Positions 53,912 to 64,000 of a DNA stretch of 64,000 bases are shown piece after piece. Below the pieces are notes generated by a model. That model had not been told where the DNA came from, did no database searches, and was given only the letters and a program-made list of their open reading frames with translations. The stretch lies in assembly GCA_020536535.1 (NCBI GenBank), contig JAHLWZ010000373.1, positions 1 through 64,000 of the forward strand. The letters run 5' to 3'. The position numbers and the translations under genes were made by a program. This DNA comes from Pelomyxa schiedti. Taxonomy: Eukaryota; Protista; Evosea. Position 1 is the stretch's first letter, and every line of letters starts with the position of its first letter.

Positions 53912-54520
53912 CTAGAAGAAATCCAGCAGTAGCTGTGGTAGAATTTTTCTAGTAGTTGGTATTAGACTTAGCTTAAGTGAGAACGAGAAGTTACTCAAGG
54001 TGCTCCGGAGTGATTGTTACTTTTTCGTCATTCTCGTCGTTGTCCGGGTCATCACGACTCAATGACGCCACGACCATTGCACGGGATATGGCCTCTGAAA
54101 TTTAAGTAAGGTACACCAAAATAACAAGGAAAGTAACCCTCAACAAATAGCCTTATCAATTCCGTGCTAGCTTTGATACCGTCACTTGAGCCAGTCAAAC
54201 CTATAACACAGTTAAAAGAGGAGAAGGGGAAGGAAAAAAAAAAAAAAAAAAAAGCGGGAGACCCAAAAGTAAAATACAAGCGCACACGTACATTATGGGG
54301 GCACTCACTCACATTTTGCATCGGGTTTCCTCAGCTCATTCCACACGAACTCCATGATTGCGGCCACGTGCTCCTCGGCCACAATGGCCCCGCTCCATTC
54401 GGCGTCATCAGGCGCCTTGGGCGCCACGCTGACTGCCAGCTTGGCTCCCCTCCCTGTCCCAGCACCGCTCCCGGTGCCCCCTCCCCCCCCACGGTGCCCA
54501 CGCCCTCCCCCGCGCGACAT
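53912..54520 (-). CDS. CENPX: Centromere protein X / MHF2 (histone-fold), 4 exons, Gly-rich N-terminus
   Basis: Spliced ASTELIRLFVEEAISRA...ITPEHLEKILPQLLLDFF matches the CENP-X C-terminal signature. Confidence 0.85.
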
Positions 54521-54599
54521 GTGTCAGTGATATCTGAGATTTTGTGCATTTTCACGAAGAACAAGCTGGCTGACGGGGCGCGGAAAACGTGCTGGGCTC

Positions 54600-56380
54600 A
54601 TTCCGTGTGTGCAAATTTGCATGCACCCAAAGACAACCAAGATTTGGGAGCACTGGTCATGTACGAGCAACAAACAAATGCTACAGCGACATCAGTAACA
54701 CACCATCCCCTTCAGCGCGGCGAAGCCGTGGACCGCGTTCTCAGTGTGTCGCGTGTAGTATAGAACGTTGTCACTCACCTTGTGCTGGACCCCTGCCAAG
54801 ACCGCGGGGCGTGGCTGCGCGAGCGCGACTGCTGCTTCCTCCTGCAGGCCGCGAACGCGCCGTTCCCCCTGGGTGCCTCGAGGTGCCTCCGATGGGTTCT
54901 GCGAAACGCGGTGGTGAGCAGGAACAACCGCAGAGAGGGCATTAGTGTGTGGAAGGGCCTCTGTGCTGGTGTGTGTACGTGGACACTTCTTGAGTGCCTT
55001 TGTGGGGCGGGGAGTGTGTCGTGCGTGGTCTGGAGTTGCCGTTCGCTCAATTCTTACCTGACATGGCATGAGGTGGACACGTTTGGATGGCGAGAAAGCT
55101 GGCTGCAAGTGGGTACACGGCGTGGAGCTGTTGCGGACTGCTGAAGTGGCCCCTGGATGAACCTGGCATGTTGGGTGACCTCAGAGATATCACTGACCCA
55201 ACAGGCTGCCTGTTGTACTGTGCGTGCAAGGGAGGCCACCTGGATTCTGTCAAGTGGGTGATGTCACGGTTTGATAGTGTAGGCAGTGAGCCGTGGGAGC
55301 TTGTGAAGCCATTTAAAGTTGCTGTGTGGTGAGGACATGTTGACGTGGTGATGTGGATGGCGGCTTCAACTTGTGCTGTGAGTACCTGCAAGAAATTAGA
55401 GTCTGAGAAGGGAGTTCCTTTTCGCTGCCATCCCGTCCTTTTTTTTGAGACACCAAGTTTGGAGCTTACTGAGTGGTTCTTCCCTGAGGGCACTAGAAAT
55501 GGGGATGAAGAGCACTGGCTGCTAACAAGTTTCATGAACTGCTTTCCATCAGGACTGGAAGAAGGCTGCCGGTGGATCACGAAAACCTTGCCAGTGACAA
55601 CTGTAACAGAAGAAACTATCCGCTGCATTCACAATGCCAAGGGCATCAAGTTGCTATTGAACAACTTTCCGGCAGTTGAGCCAATACAGAAACACATTCA
55701 GTGGGAACAAGGGTTTCATGGCCATGTGGTCAGGAAATTACATGTTAAGGTAAGAGTAATTCATTACCAATATTCAAAGAAAAACTATCTTCGTAGGACC
55801 TAAACTGGCTCGGGAGAGATGTCAACAAGTGTGTAAGAGTCGACAACTCATGGCATGCGGCAATCAATCGGACAGTGTTCTAGGGTGCTTACTGCCAAAA
55901 GTGACGTCACTCACAGAAGAACACTTAAGTTTCTGCCTTGTGAAGTCTCTTACCAAAGGCAACATACCAATTGCTGAGTGGCTTGATAAGATGTTCCACT
56001 TGATGGATCATGTGAACAGGGTTTTACCGAGTCCACTTTCCTTGCGCTCTGCTGTGAGAATCCACGACATTTGCGTGGTGCAATGGTTTCTTGCACGCGC
56101 TATTAGTGAGAAAACAGCGATGGAGGCCGCTCGGCTCTGCATCACCTTCCCATACTTATTCTGAAAGCATTCCATATTACAAACGCAAGTGTGGCTGCCA
56201 GGGATATTCTCTCGTACACAGGCCAAGCAGGTTTTTTCAGATGGCTACCTGTCTGAAAATAACCTTGTTGCTGGTTTGGCAGATACTCACTTGATCAAAT
56301 CTGGAAAGGTGTTGAAATGGTTTATTGAGTGAAGAACAGGTCAAGGTGAATGGCAACTCACTTCTGTACGGTTTGATTGA
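54600..56380 (+). pseudogene. Ankyrin-repeat-like gene relic with in-frame stops and frameshifts
   Basis: LYCACKGGHLDSVKWV and AVW*GHVDVVMWM (TGA 55330-55332 inside a repeat). TAG at 54761-54763, further stops near 56164 and later, and a frame change near 55090. Confidence 0.7.
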
Positions 56381-56861
56381 ATGTCCACTTCCATTTTACT
56401 GTATCTGAGGTGTGAATTTCTACAACTCAACCAACAAACCAATAAAAAAAAGGTTCTGAAAAGGGTAATACCATACCCTACAACAGTGGGAACATGGAAG
56501 ATGCTCTTGCAGGTCCTGAAAACCGCACCTGAAATGGACCAGTCATTTGTTTTGCATCACCTCTTCTGGATTGTAGTCAAATCACCCCTACACCTCCACA
56601 TCACTGCCGTGGCATTTTGTATTACACATCAGGCCCTGTTGATGTCATTCAAGCCCAATGCTGGTAGTAGTTCAAAGTACAAGGCGAATTGAATTGGCTT
56701 CTTCAATAAAAATTCTTCAATTTTTCGCGGTACAAAGACGTGCACTGAGCAATTTGTCTCGATAAGGAACACGTCAAGAACGAATTTCGTTCCCAAGTCA
56801 AGCCGGATCGGCATTTTCCAACCTGTAACGCAAGTTTGTGAAAAGAAGCAAAAAGACCAAG

Positions 56862-57371
56862 ATGGAAAACCGCACCGCAGCCTACGTCCTTTCAATGGTC
56901 GTCGAGGACGATCAAACCGCGTTTGTCGAAACTTCAGCATTCTACGTCAAGAGGGTACCGGATATCTCCCTCAAACAGCTACTTATGAGATGGACCGAAC
57001 ACTGGGGAGTCCCTCAGGAGGCCCTCCCTTTGGCCTGCTTATACATTGAGAGGTTGAGGGCCACGTCTTCAGCAATGACTCATTCGAAGACTACCTTCTT
57101 ACTGACACGCCACACAGTTCACAAGTGCCTAGTGGCGTGTGTTTGCGTGGCGACCAAGGTTCTGGTTGACGATTTTGGAAGACACTCCGCCATTGCCATG
57201 TCGTGCGGAATAAGACCAAGGACACTCACGCTTTTGGAAATGGAGGTTATGCAGCTGCTGGATTACAATTTGTTTGTGGATGAACAGGAATTCTGGGCCA
57301 TGAGGTCGCGAATCTTGCAAGAATCCTCACAGCCACTGCCTGTTTGTCTCATATCCTCTGCTACATGGTAG
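56862..57371 (+). CDS. PHO80/U-type cyclin, intronless
   Basis: VPDISL..LYIERL..TVHKCLVACVCVATKVLVDDF..A..CGI....L..LEMEVMQLLDYNLFVD. Confidence 0.85.
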   Translation: MENRTAAYVLSMVVEDDQTAFVETSAFYVKRVPDISLKQLLMRWTEHWGVPQEALPLACLYIERLRATSSAMTHSKTTFLLTRHTVHKCLVACVCVATKVLVDDFGRHSAIAMSCGIRPRTLTLLEMEVMQLLDYNLFVDEQEFWAMRSRILQESSQPLPVCLISSATW

Positions 57372-57571
57372 CCTTCTCAACATTGCTTCCATTCCGTGTG
57401 TACCTCTGTAATACCGAAAATTTTGTTCTTTTTGAAAAATGCATTCTGGGAAATTTCTTAGTGCAGTGGTCGAGGTCTTTAACTCAATTTGAAAAACATT
57501 ATGCTGGGAATGTTGTGCTGAACTAGAATGAAAGTTTTTTTTGTTGTTTACACAACAGAACAAATGGCAGT

Positions 57572-59020
57572 TCAAAGGTATCCAAGGGTGTGAAGTAACC
57601 AAATGTCTTCAGATTCTGTTGTAGTTGTTTCCACAAGGCAGGATATATTGCACAAATGCAACCAATGTCTTGTATCTTTGAAAGGTTGACCTACAAAGAA
57701 GCTGGATTTGAATTTAGGGTCGACTGGGAACTTGTGACACGCCGCACTGTTTCGACAATACATTCCTTGTGAGGAATCAGTTGAGAGAGTCTGGGTCTTC
57801 ACAATTGGCCATATATACTTGGAGAGGAAACACTGTTTTTTTGGATATGGAATTAACAAAGAAAAAGTATTTGGATCTGGAGGCATACTTGGTCAAGCTT
57901 TGTACCCCCACAGGACTTGGCTGTAATTTTACCGGCTTTTCTGCTCTCTATCACCAAGTTCATTAGTGACTCCATTGTGTTGTTGGGTCCAAAGCAGCCT
58001 CTTGTACCACCAAACATGCCTGGAGGTAAATGGAATTTTTAGTTTAAAACAGTAAAAGGAGTGTGGATCAGAGGAATCACCTGCAAGAATGGCAATACCA
58101 TGTAAAGGATTGTCACGTATAGCATGAAAAGGAAGACCAGAGGATATCCAATCATTTACAGCCAGTAAATCCCGGATATTCAATCGTGAATCAATGTCCC
58201 TTATGATCCAGTATCTGTTGAAAAATTTGGCTTAAAGGAGATAAACACTTGAAGCACCGAACTTTACAGAATTAAAACCAACCAAAAGCACAATAAAGGG
58301 AAAAGAACATGTACATGATCGTACTCGGCAGTTGGATCATCTGCAACATAATTCCTGTACATGTACATTATCTCTCTATCAGTCTGGTGTTTGCACTTGA
58401 CCACCTTTCAAAGTGTGAGCGTTCTTGCCACAAAACACATCGAAATGAACCTGAGCTGCCTGACAGTAGTCACAATTCAGTAAAGGTTCTATTTCCCCCC
58501 AGTCAATAGCATCAGAGACATAGAACCGGACTGCCCAGTCTGGATAGTATCTGCCATTTGGATGAGAATAGTCAAGGAAGAAAGGGGAATAATGATAAGC
58601 ATCTGTAGTTGGGTCATACATTCTAGCAGCCAATACATTCGCAAAAGCACCATGAATGACCCAATCAAAAACTCTAGTGCTGTTCCGCATTGGGAATATC
58701 GAGAATGACACCACCTTGTTCCATTCCTTTCTCACAAAACCCTTAGTTCCCGAATATACGGCAGCGTGTTCCTCACAAATTCTATCCGCCGACTGAGCAG
58801 ATTCAGCCAAAACTCGATACCGATTTTGTTGTTGCTCCTGATGTTGTTGAGGCACAGGGATTGGAATTGACACTTGATTTTGTTGCTGTTCCGACAATTG
58901 GTGCTCTTGCTCTTGGCTAGTTGACAAAGTGAAACCGAAGCCAAACATAAACGTGAGGATTTGCGTGAGGGCCATTCCGATCAGCACCCCGCATACCAGC
59001 CACAGGTGCTTGGATGCCAT
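57572..59020 (-). CDS. Type II membrane protein of an uncharacterised, putative glycosyltransferase-like family
   Basis: N-terminal TM plus Q-rich stem. Motifs [76 protein letters not shown] and FVGQ. Confidence 0.7.
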
Positions 59021-59157
59021 TATGGGACCGAGGACCTTGCAGATCGTGACGATTCGGTGGTGGTGCCAACAGTGATGAAAAAAAAAAGGAATGTTGGGGG
59101 AATGGGGTATGAACATCATCAAATTAAAGTCAATTTTGGGGTGGTGCGTGATAACAA

Positions 59158-60501
59158 TCAGCCAAGCAAGTTGAGCTTCTTGATGGCCTTGTATTGATCT
59201 GGAATCTCCTGGAGTGCGGCGACAGCAAATTCAACATCGTAGTTCTCAACACGGGGGCGTGACATTACATTGTGGAATGATACAAACTGGAAGTTATCAA
59301 ACTTGCGCTCTGCGGTTTCGTTAGCCTAGTCAATATCTGCGATCTATAGTGAGGTATACCTGGCAGTCTGTCGTCAAACTCTTCCATCAATTCCCATGGG
59401 CCATCCCCAACACTGTAGAAAGTTAGGCTTCATTTGTGAAAAAGCAACCGAACCCTATAGTTACAATGGAAAGTGCAGCACATTGAGACGCCCTAATTAT
59501 AGCTTGTGCTGTTGATTCTTCATTTGTAACTTGGCCATCTGCAATTCTTGTGATTGTTTAATTGTTGTATTATTTCCGAGTGTCAGTTGGACCTACATTA
59601 TCAATATGTGATACTGACGTGTCTCTTGTACAATTTGAACCGCCTTATCGATAAGAGGTGCGAAGTTTGTTGGTCCACTCATGTTGACATTAGGTGTGAT
59701 TTCATTATATCGAGCCAAGACCTCCCTTTTGATTCTGTTACCAGTCTCACATGAAGAATTTGTAAGGCATACGCCAATCCATAGCAGGGATGTCCATCTG
59801 GGTAGTAAGGGAAAACGGCTTTATCTGTAGTTGTAGCATCACCTAAAAACCTTGAGTGTTGGCATGAAAGCCACAAATGGGGGTGGCAAAGTACCAAACC
59901 CAAACACAGGAATTAACTGCAAAAAGGGTTGGCTACTATTAAGGGTACAAATAAAATACCTTATCATCATCGAAAGGCTCAAGAGTACGACCAATGATAT
60001 CAATCACTCGCTAAATTTTGTTATAATGGCCAAAGAGATAAATGTAATTTCCCACTTGGTACGGATTCATTGTATCAGGTGCAATGGCATGGAGACATCT
60101 GTTCCCAAAAGTATTCTTGCCTGTCCATGTGTTGCTCTACCTCGTCCTCAATACATCAAATGACTATTTTAAAGGTACCTTTGTATAGTCTATTCCGATT
60201 ATCAAATTCGAACTCCTACGAAAAAACTTAGCATTATATATGTCAAGAATTGAAAGTGTTTCAATTTAGTAACTTTGAAAACATTGTTGAACTTCTTCAA
60301 AACAAAAGGGAAAAAAAGTACGCACTCCAAACCGGCATCTCTCAGTCCTTGTTGCACTTGCTCGAGTGTCTTGTACCGATCCGGATTTGCAGCGAATGAG
60401 AAACCACCGCCGCTACTGGGGTGATGCGAATCGTGCTTTGCTGGTGCCGCAGATCCGGCTGCGTATTTGCGCTCACTCTCGCTACTGAACAACGACCCCA
60501 T
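59158..60501 (-). CDS. RGLG-type copine/vWA protein, N-myristoylation motif, no C2 or RING domain
   Basis: [60 protein letters not shown] and [20 protein letters not shown]. Confidence 0.88.
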
Positions 60502-60946
60502 CACCAGGGAAATTTTTTAGAAAGAAACAGTTAGCTGTTGATTTTCCCCTCAAAAAATTTGGGACTTTGAGAAACATGTGATTTCGCTTGGGTGATCTGG
60601 GGAACAGTGACGCAAACTGCCTACTTCCAAGTTGGCCCAAGTAAAAACAGTAGTAGTGTTAGGGGGAATGTTGAATCACAACACTCTCTGCTCACATCTG
60701 AAACTTGTCTGGATCCAGTTCCATTCGCATATTGGACGTTTCAGTCAAAAACCAGCCACACAAACAAAAAACGAAAACTATCATCAAAATCAAACGAAAT
60801 GCACTGGGTGCGCCCAGTGGATAAACTTGTTTTTTGTTGGTTGTTTTTATTTTTCATTCATTATGCCGTTTTTTGACTGAAACGTCCAATAAATAAACAG
60901 AGTTGAAACGACTTTTTCCGATCCCCAGATCAGTCGCTGAAAAAAA

Positions 60947-62308
60947 ATGCCTTTGACACCGTCGGAGCTCGTTGAAGTTGCCAAGACGTCAATAGTTAGT
61001 GGCGTGATCAGCGACGTCGTGATCGTTGTAGTGAGCGCGATGATTGTCGCGCTGCCGCCTGCTCGGAGCCAAATGTCGTGCAGGCTGGTGTTGTACCTGT
61101 GCCTTTCTGACTTGATATGGATCACATCTGCTGTGTATGGCCTCTCACTGGATATTCTAAATGAATGAGAGAAGCGAAGCGCGGGGGAGTTTGGGGGTTG
61201 TAAGATAGAGAGTACGAAAGGCAACATCATTGTGCAGAATTTTTTTTTTTTTTTTTTTTCCTTTTTTGCCGTTTAGTCACTTAATGGGGTCAACATAAAC
61301 AGGTATGGAGCTGCCTGGACACTTGCAAGTGGTGGAACTTCCCCAGGAATAGTTCCTTCAGACTCAAGTGGTACATATATGCCAGAGATGGGATGTGTTG
61401 TTTCGGGGTATCTCTTCCCCCTTATTGTATGAATCTGATGAAACTGAAAAGATTTTTCATGCAATTTGGTGCTACCTCTAGTGACATGTGGACGATTGCA
61501 ATTTCAGTTTTTCTGTGTATCACTGTAGTGTTCAAGCATGAGCCCTGGGACACCTTCTGGTTCAACGACATCACATTTGTAATTATTGTCTACGGCATTA
61601 CTGGAGTTGTTGCCTCACTGCCGTTTTTTGGATTAGGAGGGGGATATGGAAATGCTGGAGGCACTTGGTGCTGGTATTAACCCTCTCTTTACAGTGGTAA
61701 ATCTCCTCTTTTTCAACTATAACTTAAGTTTTTTTTGAAGGATCCACGGACAACGGGGGCGCTGGATTTTTGGGTTTACCTTCCACTGGGGTGCTGTCTT
61801 CTTCATGGGGTTTTTCTACATCTGGGCACTTATTTACTTCGTAAAATCAACTCAGCAAGCGCGGAGAATGTGCACTCCCGTAAACGCGGGAGAAACACGG
61901 GCTCGAGCTGCCAGAATAAAACTATTCAAAAGCCTAGCTCCATTTCCAGTTGCCTACGCGCTTATACTAATTCCCTCCACGGTGAATAGACTACAAGGAA
62001 CTTTCAACCCTGATGTACGGTTTTTTTGCCATTCTAAAACAATTATCACAACTCACTCTTTCCACCACAAGAATCCTCGAGTAGGATTGTTTATCACACA
62101 TGCCCTGATAGTACAACTTGAAGGAGCCATAAATGCCCTTCTGTATGGAGGCACCCACTTCACCATGCTCAAGGAAGGCTTGATGACATTCAGTCTAAAG
62201 AACTGCTTCTCACACTGGGGACCACATGGAAGCTACCAAGTCAAGGCCCACGACCCAATGGAAGTGCCCTTCGTGCCTCTGGATATTCAAACAGAAAACA
62301 CAAGCTAG
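60947..62308 (+). CDS. cAMP-receptor-like / GCR1-type 7TM G-protein-coupled receptor
   Basis: RLVLYLCLSDL, QFGATSSDMWTIAISVFL, YGNAGGTWCW, FPVAYALILIPSTVNRL and LEGAINALLYG, with seven hydrophobic segments. Confidence 0.82.
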
Positions 62309-62580
62309 CCATTCATTCTGCCCAGTGAGTGCAGGGGCACTTGTTGTTTGTGGTAAAATTGTCTTACTTTTCAAATAAGGAATAAAACTTTCCAACAATT
62401 CCCTTGTTATTTGCGTGATTCACCGGCCCTATAGCAAAAAAAAAAATTTCCTTTTTGTTGTAGGAAGACACTTCTCAGAACAATCCTGTGAAGCTCAGCA
62501 TTCACTGTCTGGATGGGCACCGAGGTACACTCCTGCACTTCTGTTGAAGTCGATTGTTCGTCGAAGAGCAAAAATTTGTG

Positions 62581-64000
62581 ATGTCGGGGGTTACAACGGT
62601 GGGCAACGTAGTAGCCGAGCATCAGCGGTCGACGCCCACGGCCGCCGCGTCGTGCACGGCAAAGAAGAAGGCGCCGCCCCGCACGGTGTTCGCGTGGGGC
62701 GGCGGGCGGTCGGGGGAGCTGGGGCACGCTGGGGTGGACCGCGAGGGCGTGTGCGCCTTCCCCGCGAGGGTGCCGGGGCTGCCCGACGACGTGAGCTGCG
62801 TGGTGTGCGGGGAGGCCTACACCGCGGCCCTCACCGACTCTGGGAAGCTCTACACCTGGGGTGTGTTTAGTTGTTTGTTATATATAGGGCATACATATAG
62901 GCTTGTTTGTTTGGTTTTTGTTGTTGTTGTTGTTGTTGTTTTTTTTTTTTTTTGTTTTGTTTGTTTGTTTGTTTGTTTTTTATCTGAATATGTATTTCTA
63001 GGGTCAACTCGAGGTGGTAAGTTGGGGACTGTTACACAGGAGGTGCAGTCACGTGGGGGGGATGTGTGTGGCACTCCTACATTAGTCAGCAGCTTGTCGT
63101 CAATGAGAGTGACTCAGATATCATGTGGCGAGAACCATATGGCTTGCATAACTGAACCAGGTTTGCTTTTTCCCCACTGTCTTGTTTCCCTCGTTAGGGT
63201 TCATATTAATAGAAAAAAAAAAAAGGATTTGCTTGGAGCTGGGGTAAGGGTACACATGGGTGTCTTGCCTCTGGGGCAGTCAAGGATAGATGGATTCCTG
63301 GGCCAGTTTTGCTGGATGGAAAACACCTTCAGTGTGTATTGCTCTTTTAGGTCCACAAGCCCTGAGAAACTCAACAGAGATGTTGTACAAATTCAATGCG
63401 GTTATATTTTCTCGGGTGCCATTTGCCAGGGAGGATCGTTACTTATGTGGGGTACCAATTCCTACGGCCAATTAGGGATTGGCTCTTCTGTACCTGAAGT
63501 TCACAATCCAACTCATGTTGAGGGACTTCCTCCAGTATGTACACCATTGTAACCAGCTGTCATTTATGTAATCAAGGTGAAAGAACTTTCTCTTGGTTCT
63601 TTGTATGCAGGAGCGGTAACAGTGGAGGGGGCAATTTACACATGGGGATACGGTGGATATGGAAATCTTGGCCTAGGATCAAGAGTATCACATAATAGAC
63701 CAGCTCTTGTGAAGGGTCTCTCTGAAGTTAAAGTTAAAACAGTTCATTGTGCCGTGGGTCAAATAAATCCTGCAACAGGGGGTGATGTTGTTGGGCACGA
63801 GGTAGTTCTTCTCTTCAGAAAAATTTAAGATTGTTGACTCGTAATCGAGGGACCCCACACAGTTGCCGTCAGTGAAGATGGTTCATTGTACACCTGGGGA
63901 ACCTGCCACAAAGGAATTCTTGGGAATATGTACAACAAGACGTTAATTTCCAAGGTATGTCACTCCTCTTGGGGCTACAAGTGAATTCCAATGAGTATGG
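62581..64000 (+). CDS. RCC1-repeat beta-propeller protein (runs off the window)
   Basis: VFAWGGGRSGELG, VVCGEAYTAALTDSGKLYTWG, ISCGENHMACIT, LLMWGTNSYGQLG and IYTWGYGGYGNLGLG. Confidence 0.9.

Noticed and set aside
54740-56340. Stop-codon reassignment or selenocysteine at in-frame TGA/TAG
   Set aside because: TAA, TAG and TGA all terminate intact conserved genes in this window, and the same locus also has frameshifts, so decay is the simpler explanation.

Overview
This is eukaryotic genomic DNA, not prokaryotic. It is gene-dense, with many short GT-AG introns (mostly about 40-100 nt, often with CTAAC-like branch points), a standard genetic code and one 100-N assembly gap (35393-35492). The gene content fits an amoebozoan protist, and 'HPRCG'-motif proteins suggest an archamoeba such as Pelomyxa; that identification is inference only. 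About 25 protein genes can be reconstructed by hand-splicing, including RPN9/PSMD13, phospholipase B-like, a CH-CH-RhoGEF, a PH-containing class I PI3K, an ACAP-like ArfGAP, an Arp2-like actin-related protein, CENP-X, a PHO80-type cyclin, an RGLG-type copine, a cAMP-receptor-like GPCR and an RCC1-repeat protein. The standout is one spliced gene (25749-32057, +) that fuses a full GH31 alpha-1,4-glucan lyase to a full aldos-2-ulose dehydratase/isomerase (AUDH). That would put the anhydrofructose pathway (glycogen/starch -> 1,5-anhydro-D-fructose -> ascopyrone M -> microthecin) in one polypeptide, and the junction lies inside a single uninterrupted exon. Other notable items: an intergenic array of short hairpins with a conserved (C/G)GGT loop and covarying stems (15938-16540); a perfect 78-bp inverted copy of an AUDH exon segment 3.3 kb downstream; a UBZ-CUE-PARP-PBZ protein; an F-box/TMEM185-like membrane protein; a Vint (Hint-family) protein without vWA; and decayed pseudogenes. 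No rRNA, tRNA, CRISPR array or transposase was recognised. Exon boundaries are manual predictions, and family calls come from recalled motifs, not database searches.
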